Below the pieces are notes generated by a model. That model was not told where the DNA came from. It ran no database searches and worked only from the letters and a program-made list of their open reading frames with translations. A DNA stretch of 64,000 nt from positions 32,001 through 96,000 of the forward strand of contig JBJHCF010000006.1 of the NCBI GenBank assembly GCA_050506795.1. The letters are read 5' to 3'. Each line of letters begins with the position of its first letter. The first letter of the stretch is position 1. Both the position numbers and the translations under genes were made by a program. Source of the DNA: Opitutia bacterium. GTDB taxonomy: Bacteria; Verrucomicrobiota; Verrucomicrobiia; Opitutales; T3Sed10-336. This document shows, one piece after another, positions 31,395-41,225 of the stretch.

Positions 31395-32455
31395 ATATAC
31401 CGAAAGAACCTCCGTTGCGACAGACCTGGCCTTCCCCCCGGGAGCCGCTGCCGATTGTTTTGGTCGGCGCCGGCGCTGTAGTTTCGGGATCTCATCTTCC
31501 GGCTTATGAAAGGGCCGGTTATTCGGTCGCGTCTATCTTTGATATCGAGCGGGATCGGGCTTCCCGCGTGGCACAAGAGTTTGGGATTCCGCGAGTGCTG
31601 GAAAGTTTGGAGGAGGCATTCTCTTTTCGTGATTGTGTTTTCGATATCGCTGTGCCCCCTGAAGAACTTCTGGGAGTGCTCGCTGAGGCGCCGGAGAATA
31701 GTATTGTGCTGATGCAGAAACCGATGGGGGAAAACTTATCGCAAGCGCGAATGATCCGGAAGCTTTGTCACGCGAAACGACTGACAGCGGCCGTAAATTT
31801 TCAATTTCGCTTTAGCAGTCTAATGCTGGCCATCCGTGATGCGATTGACAGAGGATGGCTTGGCACGATCACTGAACTTGAATTTAGGCTCAATTTGAGG
31901 ACGCCGTGGGAAGTGTTTCCGTTCTGCAAACACCGAGATCGTTTGGAGATTCAGATTCACACCGTTCACTACCTCGATTGTACCCGGGCTTTAATTGGGG
32001 ATCCGCTTGGCGTTCATGCGCGAACGTTGCCGGACCCTCGATTTCCTGATTTGACCAGCACCCGTTCGACCATTATCCTAGATTATGGAGATGCGATTCG
32101 TTGCTGTCTGTCGATCAACCACAATTTTGCTCATGGGCCAAATCACGTCGGCGCGACGATCAAAGTTGAAGGGACAGACGGTGCGGCCGTCGGAAGCATC
32201 GGGGTGCATCCTGATTGGCCGCCGGAGACCCTTGAGTTGAAAGCGGGTGGTTGGCGGTGGGAGAACGTTCCTCTGCGAGGGCGGTGGTTTCCTGACGCGT
32301 TTGCCGGCTCTATGGCGAGCCTCCAAAGTTACGCGGCTGGAGATACAGATCAACTTCCGACATCCGTGGACGAAGCGATTAAGACGATGGCTATTGTGGA
32401 AGCCTGCTATGAATCCAACGCAGCTGGCTGCACACCGATTCCTGACACTTTATGA
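31391..32455 (+). CDS. Gfo/Idh/MocA NAD(P)-dependent oxidoreductase
   Basis: IVLVGAGAVV..HLPAY, QKPMG, VNFQ.RF, HYLD. Confidence 0.88.
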   Translation: MNIPKEPPLRQTWPSPREPLPIVLVGAGAVVSGSHLPAYERAGYSVASIFDIERDRASRVAQEFGIPRVLESLEEAFSFRDCVFDIAVPPEELLGVLAEAPENSIVLMQKPMGENLSQARMIRKLCHAKRLTAAVNFQFRFSSLMLAIRDAIDRGWLGTITELEFRLNLRTPWEVFPFCKHRDRLEIQIHTVHYLDCTRALIGDPLGVHARTLPDPRFPDLTSTRSTIILDYGDAIRCCLSINHNFAHGPNHVGATIKVEGTDGAAVGSIGVHPDWPPETLELKAGGWRWENVPLRGRWFPDAFAGSMASLQSYAAGDTDQLPTSVDEAIKTMAIVEACYESNAAGCTPIPDTL

Positions 32456-33108
32456 AGATCGAAAAGAATTATGCTGGACGTTTGGAGGCCTGCTATACCG
32501 GGGCGGTGTATGATGTCCTTCGAGAATTGAGTCTTTTCCAACAGGTGTTGCCGTCAACAATTGGCGCGTTGGATCCCACGCGTACCTTAACCGGTCGTAT
32601 CTATACAGTCAGCGGCAGGAAGGATTCCTCTATCGACGCTCACGAGTCGCTGCTTCAGTGGACGGCTCTTCTTTCGCGGGCTCCCCGGGACAGTGTTGTT
32701 GTCTGCCAGCCAAACGACCTGACGCTGGCGCACATGGGGGAGCTTTCCGCCGAGACGATGAAGTTCCGCGGAGTTCGCGGCTATATCGTCGATGGCGGAT
32801 GCCGGGATTCATCATTCATCCTGAATATTCGATTTCCGGTTTTTTGCCGTTATTTATCGCCTGTCGATGTGGTCGGGCGGTGGGTGGCCGACAGTTTTGG
32901 CGAGCCGATAAAAATTGGTGAGGTGACCGTATCCACGGCTGATTATGTGATTGCCGATCGCGACGGAGTCGTCATTATCCCGGGTGATCGTATCGAAGAA
33001 GTGGTGACTCGGACAGAGCAGGTCCTGCAAACGGAGAATCTTGTGCGGAAGGCAATTCTCCAAGGTGTCGATCCTCAGGAAGCCTACCTGAAATACGGAA
33101 AATTCTAG
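32452..33108 (+). CDS. RraA/HMG aldolase family protein
   Basis: AHMGELSA, GYIVDGGCRD, ADRDGVVIIP. Confidence 0.88.
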   Translation: MKIEKNYAGRLEACYTGAVYDVLRELSLFQQVLPSTIGALDPTRTLTGRIYTVSGRKDSSIDAHESLLQWTALLSRAPRDSVVVCQPNDLTLAHMGELSAETMKFRGVRGYIVDGGCRDSSFILNIRFPVFCRYLSPVDVVGRWVADSFGEPIKIGEVTVSTADYVIADRDGVVIIPGDRIEEVVTRTEQVLQTENLVRKAILQGVDPQEAYLKYGKF

Positions 33109-33110
33109 TC

Positions 33111-33497
33111 ATGCTGCGAACAGGAATTTTAAACCCAGCATTGCTCTCACTCCTCGCTCGCGTACGTCATACGAATGCGCTGGTTGTCGCGGAGCGTGGC
33201 TTCCCCTTCTGGCCGGAACTGAAACGATCGACCGCTCTTTGGTTGACGATGTTCCAACTGCGTCAAGTGATTTGCGCCATCCGGGAGAAATTTGTAGTGG
33301 GCGAGACCTACACGGCTGAAGAGTTCCTTGGGAAATACGGGCGAGAAGCGCGGGTTGCGTTCGGAAGGGAAATTCTTGGAGTGCAAGTCAGGTATGAACC
33401 GCACATGGATATCAAGAAGCGAGTGCCCGGCGCCATTAGACTAATTCGGACGGGTGACTCCATTCACTTTGCCAACGTCATTCTAGTTTCAGGTTAG
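33111..33497 (+). CDS. RbsD/FucU mutarotase family, with an apparent compensated frameshift
   Basis: MLRTGILNP..LARVRHTN.LV..RGFP, IRTGD...ANVIL. An alternate frame at 33221-33259 reads ETIDRSLVDDVPT. Confidence 0.75.
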   Translation: MLRTGILNPALLSLLARVRHTNALVVAERGFPFWPELKRSTALWLTMFQLRQVICAIREKFVVGETYTAEEFLGKYGREARVAFGREILGVQVRYEPHMDIKKRVPGAIRLIRTGDSIHFANVILVSG

Positions 33498-33821
33498 ATG
33501 AATTCGCGTTGTTTTCAGCTCAATTCTCGTGACAATGTAGCCACGTTGCTCAATGATGCGGATCCGGGCAAGGTAGAGGTTCTCGGAGGCTCCGGAACGG
33601 TTGAGTTGTGTGAACCGATCAGGCTGGGACACAAGGTAGCCCTGCGGAAAATTCATCCTGGGGAGCCCGTAATTAAGTTTGGCGTTTCTATTGGTCGCGC
33701 TACCGTTCCGATCCAACCCGGTAGTTGGGTGCATCTGCACAATTGCGCCAGTTTTTTGGATGGGCGATCGTCGACACTCGATCTTGAAACCGGAGTTCCA
33801 AACGATTCCACCTATGACTGA
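33498..33821 (+). CDS. UxaA-family SAF-domain small subunit
   Basis: [23 protein letters not shown]...I.PG.WVHLHN. Confidence 0.85.
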   Translation: MNSRCFQLNSRDNVATLLNDADPGKVEVLGGSGTVELCEPIRLGHKVALRKIHPGEPVIKFGVSIGRATVPIQPGSWVHLHNCASFLDGRSSTLDLETGVPNDSTYD

Positions 33822-35025
33822 CAGCGACTATTCCTGGACTGGTTATCTTCGTCCTGACGGGCGAAAAGGAGTGCGCAACCTGGTGTTGGTCCTTTACACT
33901 GTTGAATGCGCCCGGCACGTGGCCCACGCGATTGCGGCTGGTGAGAAAGACACCCACGTGGTTGGGTTCCCAGGATGCTTTGACAATGCTTACGCAATTC
34001 GATTGATGCTCGCGTTTGCGCGGCATCCAAATGTAGGGGCCGTTTTGAGCGTGGGTTTGGGGTGTGAATACACACAACCGGAGAGGATCAGCGAGGCGGT
34101 CGCCCGCTCATGTCGACCTGCGGAATGGTTTTTTATTCAGGACAGTGGAGGAACCATGGGCAGTATTCAAAAGGGAAAGCAGATCGTTGCTATGCTGCGT
34201 GAGGAGATTTCCAGGAACGTTCCCCGGGTTCCGATGGATCTTTCCGATTTGACAATCGGATGTGAATGTGGGGGATCTGACGGAACATCAGGTCTTGCCG
34301 GGAACCCCGTGGTTGGAGCGTTCTTTGATCGGCTGGTAGAAATCGGTGGTTGCGCGATCTTTGAGGAACTGGTGGAAATGATCGGCCTGAAGTCATTGCT
34401 TGTCGAGCGGGCGGCATCTCCGATGGCTGCGAAACAACTGGAAGCTGCCTATGAGAAGGCTGCGGATTACTCGAGGGCTGTGAGGCAATATTCCGTTTCT
34501 CCGGGCAACTTCGCCGGAGGGCTCACGACCATTGAGGAAAAGAGTCTGGGGGCCTTTGCCAAGAGTGGAGCTTGCCCTATTCAAGGAGTGATTCAGGTTG
34601 CCGAACGCCCACCCAATCCAGGACTGTGGTTGATGGACACCGTTCCGGATCCTCATTTTATGCAGTTTGGCTATACGAATCCAAATGATACGGAAGGTAT
34701 CATGGATTTGATTTCTGGGGGCTCTCAAATCGTTCTCTTTGTGACGGGCCGGGGAAGTGTGATTGGAAGTCCTATTTCCCCTTTGGTCAAGATCACAGGA
34801 AATAGCGCCACCTATCAAAAAATGCGAGAGGATATGGATTTTGATGCCGGGCGTATTTTGACCGGGGAGATCTCAGTGGAACGTGCAGCTGATGAACTGA
34901 GGGAGCTGGTTGTTGCGGTCGCCAGCGGTCAGCAAAGTCGCCCCGAAGCGCTTGGACATCGGGAGTATTTCATTATGTATAAGCATCAGAACACGCCAAG
35001 TCTTTCCGGGGGATGTCGGGCATAG
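33814..35025 (+). CDS. UxaA/GarD-family dehydratase large subunit
   Basis: [55 protein letters not shown]. Confidence 0.9.
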   Translation: MTDSDYSWTGYLRPDGRKGVRNLVLVLYTVECARHVAHAIAAGEKDTHVVGFPGCFDNAYAIRLMLAFARHPNVGAVLSVGLGCEYTQPERISEAVARSCRPAEWFFIQDSGGTMGSIQKGKQIVAMLREEISRNVPRVPMDLSDLTIGCECGGSDGTSGLAGNPVVGAFFDRLVEIGGCAIFEELVEMIGLKSLLVERAASPMAAKQLEAAYEKAADYSRAVRQYSVSPGNFAGGLTTIEEKSLGAFAKSGACPIQGVIQVAERPPNPGLWLMDTVPDPHFMQFGYTNPNDTEGIMDLISGGSQIVLFVTGRGSVIGSPISPLVKITGNSATYQKMREDMDFDAGRILTGEISVERAADELRELVVAVASGQQSRPEALGHREYFIMYKHQNTPSLSGGCRA

Positions 35026-35137
35026 GGGCGGCGGCCTTAAACTGGAAGATTAGGCCCAAAATAAGCGAGGACCTTTCGGCACACACGCCAATTCGGATTC
35101 CTTAGGATAACATGCACTAAAGACAGCTATATTTAAT

Positions 35138-35590
35138 TTGGCTTTCCGCTTCTTCCGTCGATTTCGCGTAGCCCCCGGGGTGACGGTGAACCTCACCAAA
35201 CGGGGCGGTTCGCTCTCTTTTGGCCCTCGCGGGGCTAAGCTGACGGCGGGAACCAGCGGAGTCCGGCGTACGCTCAGTGTTCCCGGGACGGGCCTTTGGA
35301 ACACGGAGAACGTCGGGGGGAAGTCATCGGGCAGGAAGAGCGGAACCCGAAAGGGTGCAGCGGCGGCCCCGCCGGCGCCCACGGTCCGCCCGCAGGACCG
35401 GCTGACCCCTGGGGTTCTTCAAGCGCCTGTTCACCCCGGTGGCCGAGCGGGATTTTGTCGATGGAATGCGGGAGTTCGCCGTCGGGAATCCGGATCAGGC
35501 CTATAACCATCTCTTGAAATGCGAACACCTGGCCGACGCGGCATTCCTTGCCGGGATGATCGCGGCCAAGGCCGACCGCCTCGATGCCGC
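35138..35590 (+). pseudogene. DUF4236-domain protein, frameshifted and interrupted
   Basis: FRFFRRFRVAPGVTVNLTK.G.SLSFGPRGA..TLSVPGTGL. Continues in another frame and is cut by the NERD repeat. Confidence 0.7.
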
Positions 35591-35953
35591 CCCCCTTAAC
35601 CTCGAGAACCAGGTACCCGCGATAGGGGTGGAAAATGATGAAGTCAATTTCCTGCTCTTCGGGACGCTGGTGATACCGGTCGGAACGTGTGGTGTTGATC
35701 CGCTGGCCGTGGAAGACCACGAAGTCTTCGGGCAATCCGTCGCGAAGCGCAGCGAACACCTTCATCTCGGACCTCGGGATCCCCTGCGGAGGGTTTTGGG
35801 GAAAAATTTCAGCCATAACTTCCCTTGCGAAGGCCTCAAGGTCACAGAGTCGTGGCCCGAAGCCGAATTCGGTCGAACAGCGGAACGCAATCCTTCAATC
35901 ACGGATAATCCTGATGCGCCAGGATAAAGCCCTTTCGCTCCACGAAAGCGGAA
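35583..35953 (-). repeat. 371-bp direct repeat of 42648-43018 (upstream region + 5' end of the NERD-helicase gene)
   Basis: Near-identical DNA encoding MAEIFPQNPP..LVLEVKGGG, then truncated. Confidence 0.92.
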
Positions 35954-36149
35954 TCAACCCTGTCGGAATGCTTCGCTCCGGATCCGTCCCCCTTCCGCAG
36001 CACCGAGAACGTGTGGTGATTTGAGGGGAGTTCTGGTTGAATGGTTTGCAAATTGTTGAGCCCTGACGTCGTCTGATTTGCCTTTTCCCTTGCCCCTGAC
36101 TCAATCAATTGGCACATTTCCGGACACAACGCAGTTCGGGCCAAGTTCT

Positions 36150-36449
36150 ATGAAACTTCAGAAACAGCTTACCGCCTTTGCGCAGGCGCATCCCGAAATC
36201 GTCCGCCTGGAACTTTTCGGCTCGTCTGTTCGAGGCGACTCCAAGGCGGATAGTGATGTGGATTTGCTGGTTACCTTCGCGCCCGACGCCGAAATCACAC
36301 TGTTTGATCTCTCCGCGTTGCAGGAAGAGTTGGAATCGACTCTTCAGAAACCGGTCGATCTCGTGACACGAAGATCTGTTGAACAGAGCCGCAACCCACT
36401 ACGCCGTGAGCGGATTCTGAATGAGGCAGTGGCTGTTTATGGACGCTGA
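36150..36449 (+). CDS. MNT (minimal nucleotidyltransferase) antitoxin
   Basis: LFGSSVRGD....SDVDLLV, PVDLVT. Confidence 0.88.
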   Translation: MKLQKQLTAFAQAHPEIVRLELFGSSVRGDSKADSDVDLLVTFAPDAEITLFDLSALQEELESTLQKPVDLVTRRSVEQSRNPLRRERILNEAVAVYGR

Positions 36450-36504
36450 GCAGAAGACGTATTTGCGGGATATCCTGGACGCGGCAAACCTGATTTTGGA
36501 CTAA
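36439..36504 (+). pseudogene. HEPN/DUF86 toxin N-terminal remnant
   Basis: MDAEQKTYLRDILDAANLILD* overlaps the MNT stop. YL.DIL..I is a typical DUF86 start. Confidence 0.65.
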
Positions 36505-36537
36505 TGACGCGGACTTTGGCGAGGCCTCCTGCATCCA

Positions 36538-36765
36538 TCATCCTTCACCAGCAGCAGCAACCGGGCGAAGCTCATAAATACGTCCGTATTGGGCGGCGGC
36601 ATCAAGGTTGCCCTGGCGAAGCGCCTCTCTGGCATCGTCCAACTTATAGGCATCTTCGAGATTCAGGTAAGGGGACCAACCCGTTTCGTCTTCCACTAAT
36701 CTGACATCAACCTCCGCCACATAACGGCCCTCGTGAATATACTTGGTCTTTCTTCGTTCTCTCAT
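36538..36765 (-). CDS. Small partner (putative antitoxin) of the DUF4258 protein
   Basis: 75 aa, 2 bp downstream of the DUF4258 gene; HEGRYVAEVDV..WSPYL..DAYKLDD.REAL. Confidence 0.7.
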   Translation of the reverse strand: MRERRKTKYIHEGRYVAEVDVRLVEDETGWSPYLNLEDAYKLDDAREALRQGNLDAAAQYGRIYELRPVAAAGEG

Positions 36766-36767
36766 GG

Positions 36768-37088
36768 CTAAATCCTCCTCAAAAAATCTTTATCCCAACG
36801 GTCCGGGTCGGGGCGGTAAACGGTAACCACAACAGCCGGGTAATCCCGGCCTTTGGGAATTCCCCACACGACGTGAATTGGATTGCCTGTCCGGTCCTTC
36901 TGCCATACGAGGGCACACGGCCCCTTGGGAAAGTCAGGATACTCCTCAACCAGCGTACCGTCAAATACCCCGGCTATCACTTCTCTCGCGGTAAGGTCGT
37001 CATCGGCCATTTCATCATACCCATGCTCAGAAATTCGAATTTTATCCTCCCGGATAAGGTTACGAACCCGTTGAAGAAATTCACTCAA
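36768..37088 (-). CDS. DUF4258 domain protein (putative toxin)
   Basis: ISEHGYDEM..D, EEYPDFPKGP, PIHVVWG, VVTVYRPDP.RW. Confidence 0.78.
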   Translation of the reverse strand: MSEFLQRVRNLIREDKIRISEHGYDEMADDDLTAREVIAGVFDGTLVEEYPDFPKGPCALVWQKDRTGNPIHVVWGIPKGRDYPAVVVTVYRPDPDRWDKDFLRRI

Positions 37089-37354
37089 TTTCTTATCTCC
37101 ATTGGAACCTGTTGATGGTCAGTTGAGATACGATGAGTTTCCGGCAAACGCAAACGAATTACTGGGGCACCCCAAGGCCAGCCTCCAAACATTCCTGCCG
37201 GAATCGGCAAACTACTGCGCAAAGCAGGAATCATCGGTCGCAGCCCCCCATTCCCCCATTCACCCGCTCAATTCCTCCCCGCCCATCCCCTCTTCGACTC
37301 GCGCCTCGCCGGCTCTCCCCCTCGCCCCACGCCCCCCGATTCACGCCCCTTGCT

Positions 37355-37417
37355 GCCGTCTGAAGAACGGCGCTACCGCTTCACGACTCCGCCAGTAGGT
37401 CGGTGCTTCAACCCGAC
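37355..37417 (+). repeat. REP-like doublet (inverted GTAG-hairpin pair), copy 1
   Basis: GCCGTCTGAAGAACGGCGCTAC...GTAGGTCGGTGCTTCAACCCGAC; other copies at 38927-38990 and 62300-62362 (inverted). Confidence 0.8.
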
Positions 37418-37511
37418 TTTTGCACCGCCATTGGCGAAGTGCCGGATCGACGACCGCAATACCGGCAATCCAAAACGGTCCAGACTACAGACGTCATCCG
37501 GTTCCTTCTGA

Positions 37512-38717
37512 TCATTCGGATTGGGTTTTTTCAATACCTGGCTTTGACGCATGAATCGGAGGGCTGGGTTCAGACATTAGTTCCAGAAGAGCTTTGGCAA
37601 CAAAAACCCGGTTTCGTTTCTGCCCCGTGTACTCGTGCAAGAGTCCCTGTTTGACCCAGAATTCAACCCCCTTGTTGGCATTGTGAAAGCTCTCACCGAC
37701 TCTCTGTGCGTACCGGGCGATGGAAATGAAGGGATTGGCGAAGACATGGTCGAGAATTCGAGCCGCTTCCTGAGGGACTCGTTTGCCTTCCTTAAGGCGA
37801 ATACGGTTCTGCTCGTAAAGCTCCAGGACTCTCCGAGTATCCGCCAGCGCACGCTGGGCCTGCAGGCGGACTCCCCTTAAAAAATAGGCGATCCATTCCC
37901 GCCACGCGCCCTTTTGACTGACTTCCAGCAAGAGGCGATAGTAGTCCTCCCGTGTTTCATCGAAAAACCCGGACAAGTACAGCAGTGGCTGAGAGAGGCA
38001 GCCTCGTTCGCAAAGGAACAAGGTAATAATCAGGCGTCCAATGCGTCCGTTTCCGTCCAGAAACGGGTGGATAACTTCAAACTGATAGTGGATCAAGGCG
38101 GCTTTCACCAACGGGGGTTCACTGCCCTGGGAATGAATATAGTTTTCCAGCGCGCCAAGATGCTCCCCGACGGTTTCCGGAGGAGGGGGAACAAATGTGG
38201 CTTCCTTCAGGGTACATCCGGGAGGACCGATCCAGTTTTGACTTCGACGATACTCCCCCGGGGTCTTGGTGCCTTCCCCGCCCCGGACATCCCGGAGCAA
38301 AATGCGATGCAGTTCACGAATGAGGCGAGTGCTTATCGGCAACTCGTTCAATCGGGCCAGTCCGGTCTCCATGGCACGGACATAGTTGGCCACTTCCCGC
38401 ACGTCGGGTTCGCGAACAGACTTTTCCTCGTCTTCAAACAGCGCCAGTTGTTCCATTCCGGCGTGGGTGTCTTCAATCCGTGAACTCAGGATGGCTTCCC
38501 GTCGAAGGTAGGGCCGGATCAGAAGGTGAGGATTCGGTAGGAGTTGTCCTGCGCCGGACAGTTCGGACAAGGACCGGTCCGCTTCGGAAATCAGATTGAC
38601 CAGATCCCAGTCCAACGTCAGGTCTGGAGGCAAACAACTGGGGTAAAAGGCGTTATAACCTTCGAGCGTCTTCCGGCACTCGCCTGGGGCCTCGTTTTTG
38701 AAGTCGGAGGGATTCAT
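37512..38717 (-). CDS. Fic family protein
   Basis: HPFLDGNGRIGR, PGEYRRSQNWIG, EAILSSRIE. Confidence 0.93.
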   Translation of the reverse strand: MNPSDFKNEAPGECRKTLEGYNAFYPSCLPPDLTLDWDLVNLISEADRSLSELSGAGQLLPNPHLLIRPYLRREAILSSRIEDTHAGMEQLALFEDEEKSVREPDVREVANYVRAMETGLARLNELPISTRLIRELHRILLRDVRGGEGTKTPGEYRRSQNWIGPPGCTLKEATFVPPPPETVGEHLGALENYIHSQGSEPPLVKAALIHYQFEVIHPFLDGNGRIGRLIITLFLCERGCLSQPLLYLSGFFDETREDYYRLLLEVSQKGAWREWIAYFLRGVRLQAQRALADTRRVLELYEQNRIRLKEGKRVPQEAARILDHVFANPFISIARYAQRVGESFHNANKGVEFWVKQGLLHEYTGQKRNRVFVAKALLELMSEPSPPIHASKPGIEKTQSE

Positions 38718-38926
38718 ACTGCAGGGAAATTAGAAAGAGTTAAATTACCAACGCAACTATTGAAGCGAATTCCATTTCGGCGCAATAAGAATTTCCCCTG
38801 ACTGATTTTGCTCGGATTCGATGCATCACGATTAATCGCAATCGCCGCGGTCTTGCCGATGTTCGAACGGGAACTTCCCCCTCCGATTCGCCCACTCGCC
38901 GGTTCCCCGACTCGCCCCTGGCCGCC

Positions 38927-38990
38927 GCCGTCTGAAGAACGGCGCTACTGCTTCACAGCTCCGCCACGTAGGTCGGTGCTTCAGCCCGAC
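38927..38990 (+). repeat. REP-like doublet, copy 2
   Basis: GCCGTCTGAAGAACGGCGCTACTGCTTCACAGCTCCGCCACGTAGGTCGGTGCTTCAGCCCGAC. Confidence 0.8.
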
Positions 38991-39106
38991 TTCCTGATCC
39001 CGGGAAGTGTGCCCACCGTCCCTCGCACCACGCCCCCACGTCCCTCGTCCCCTCTCCGGTTCCCTACCTTCTACCTTTTGACTTTTACCCTTTAACTTCC
39101 AACGCC

Positions 39107-39610
39107 CTCGCCCCAGTAATCGCGCGACCCGCCACGCGACCGCATCTTCCGCCGGATGAAACTTCCGTTCCCGGGGCAGGATGACGTATTTGCCGTCGAG
39201 CCGGACCACTTCCTCCTGGCCCTCAATGCGATCATCCAGAAGCGGCGACGGACGCCAGACCAGCCTTCCTGCATCGTCGGCCGGAGCGCTCAAGTGCCGG
39301 TCGAGCGCCCAGTGGTGGTTCTTGCACAAACTGATGCCGTTGGTCGGGTGGTCGTTGAAGCTCTCGGAGAACGGAATCAGGTGACACGCATCCACCAGGG
39401 TTAGATCCTCGAACCAAAACCGCAAACCACACGCCGCACAGCGGAAGTCGTAAACGTTTTCGACCGTTTTCACGAAAGCCCCGTTGCGGGCCGGGTCGGT
39501 CTCGAAGGCGACCGGATCCTCGGCGGCCTTCGCCGGACATACGACGTACTCCGCAATCAGCGCCTGAAGGGGCTTCCGGTGATCCGGGAAATACCGGTTC
39601 ACCAGCGACG
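39107..39610 (-). pseudogene. HNH endonuclease C-terminal fragment
   Basis: R..AF...V..YDFRCAACG, VDACHLIPF..ND...NGISLCKNHHWALD. The N-terminal domain is not recognisable. Confidence 0.75.
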
Positions 39611-40526
39611 GTCGATGAGTTCTTGGATTGGTTTCCCGGCGTGAGTCGGGAACAGGTCGATCAGGTTCTCGAGTTTGCAAAGAAGAGTCTTGTAGCCTGA
39701 TGCGGAGCCTTTCGATCTTTATTCTCCCGACGACAAGATGGCCCGAACTCAGGAAGCACGGTCCGTTGATTGCCAGCGCAATCACGGCACTCAGACCGGG
39801 GCAGTGCGTTTACTGGGAGCTTCCGTAGCGAACCTCATAAGAACGATCACTGCCGAAAGAGACCGGGAGCGGAATACCGGAAACTACGAATCACCCGAAT
39901 CTTCGCGAATCGGGAATCGGCCAAACAATCCGCTACGAGCAATCCCAAGACCAATCAGTCCCGAGAAAAGATTCGCGCCGGACTCGGGATTCTTAAAACG
40001 CCATAGCGAGCTTCCGGTAGTTTGACGGCGGAAAAAAGTGCTGTTTTGTCAAGAGTACAGACCTGACGTCTTCCCGGTCCCCCAAATCGGGAAAAAATCA
40101 GGGGTGGCGGGGTACCCGCATTCGGTAAAGAATCCGTCGAAGAAGGTATTGGGATCGTGGTGGCTTATTTCCAGTTCCGGAAAGGACGTTTCAAGAATCC
40201 GGCAGGTGTCTTCGGCGACTTTTTTCGGTTCGATGATGGTTTTCATGGGTCATGTGGGGATATTCTGATTCAGCCGCGTCAGCAAGGCGGCTTTGGCTGA
40301 TTGATCCAGGAAGATAACATCGAGCGCGTTGCGCTGGAGGCGGAGGATTTGCAGGCGGGTGATTCCGGGGCAGAGCCTCGGTAACAGGAGGAGGTTGTGG
40401 CTGAGGCAGAGCAGCGGATTCCGAGAAGCCTCGATGAGTACGGGGCTGCGGACGGGTTTCATCGTCCGAACCCTTGTGTGGGCAAAGAGAGCTTCCTTCG
40501 CCTCCGGCAACCGACGTTTGCGATGT

Positions 40527-41156
40527 TCAAATCATTTCAAAATCCCCTGATGGGTTGTCCACCAGCCAGGAGTGGCCGGCGGGGGAGATTTCCCAGAGTC
40601 CCTGTGGGGATCCTTTCTTCATGCGGCCGTCATTGTTGACCATTCGGTTTCTCGCCCATTGGGCGCTGTTGCGCCATCGGATTTGATTCTTATCGGATTT
40701 CAGTGGTTCGTAGTCCACGGGCTTCAGAACGTCTTTCATCTTTTCGCCTACGCGATCCAGGACGACTTTGGTTTTCCCTTTGCCTCCCATCTCGACGAGC
40801 ACTTCGAGAATCGGCCGGCAAAACTCCTCGTGAGGAGTGATTTGTCCTTTGCGCTTCTTACCAAAGAAGCGCTTGCTGACGATCCTTTGTACTTCCGGTG
40901 TGGCTGTGTCGCGTGCCGCCTCCAGTTGAGACCACTCATCTTCCAGGGTGGCTACCTTTTGTTTGAAGGTGATGAGACGCTCGGCAAAGTCGATGACTTG
41001 CCGAGCGGTCTCATACTCGCCCGTATTCATCGCCTCCGATCCCTCTTCGCGGATGCGTTTCTCCTCCTTGCTCAGTGTTTCGGATAAAAGAGAAAGCGCT
41101 TGTCCCACATCGTTATTGGGATCGGCATCGTTTTGTTGCTGTTGTTTTTTAGGCAT
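40527..41156 (-). CDS. Coiled coil + Mrr N-terminal-like winged-helix protein, no nuclease domain
   Basis: TPHEEFCRPILEVLVEMGG, RWRNSAQWARNRMV..G.M...PQGLWEIS.AG. Confidence 0.75.
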   Translation of the reverse strand: MPKKQQQQNDADPNNDVGQALSLLSETLSKEEKRIREEGSEAMNTGEYETARQVIDFAERLITFKQKVATLEDEWSQLEAARDTATPEVQRIVSKRFFGKKRKGQITPHEEFCRPILEVLVEMGGKGKTKVVLDRVGEKMKDVLKPVDYEPLKSDKNQIRWRNSAQWARNRMVNNDGRMKKGSPQGLWEISPAGHSWLVDNPSGDFEMI

Positions 41157-41225
41157 CTGGTGGTTTGATGGCTGTGAACGTTGAGGGTCTTTCAAGGGTA
41201 CCGGCCTTACGGCTTTCGTGTTCGG

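Noticed and set aside
33498..35025. Sulfolactate sulfo-lyase SuyAB
   Set aside because: A split UxaA architecture fits, but sugar-acid dehydratases share it and no sulfonate-specific genes are adjacent.
40049..40510. Two short minus-strand ORFs, possibly remnants of helicase-type defence genes
   Set aside because: No diagnostic motif; a family cannot be assigned by eye.
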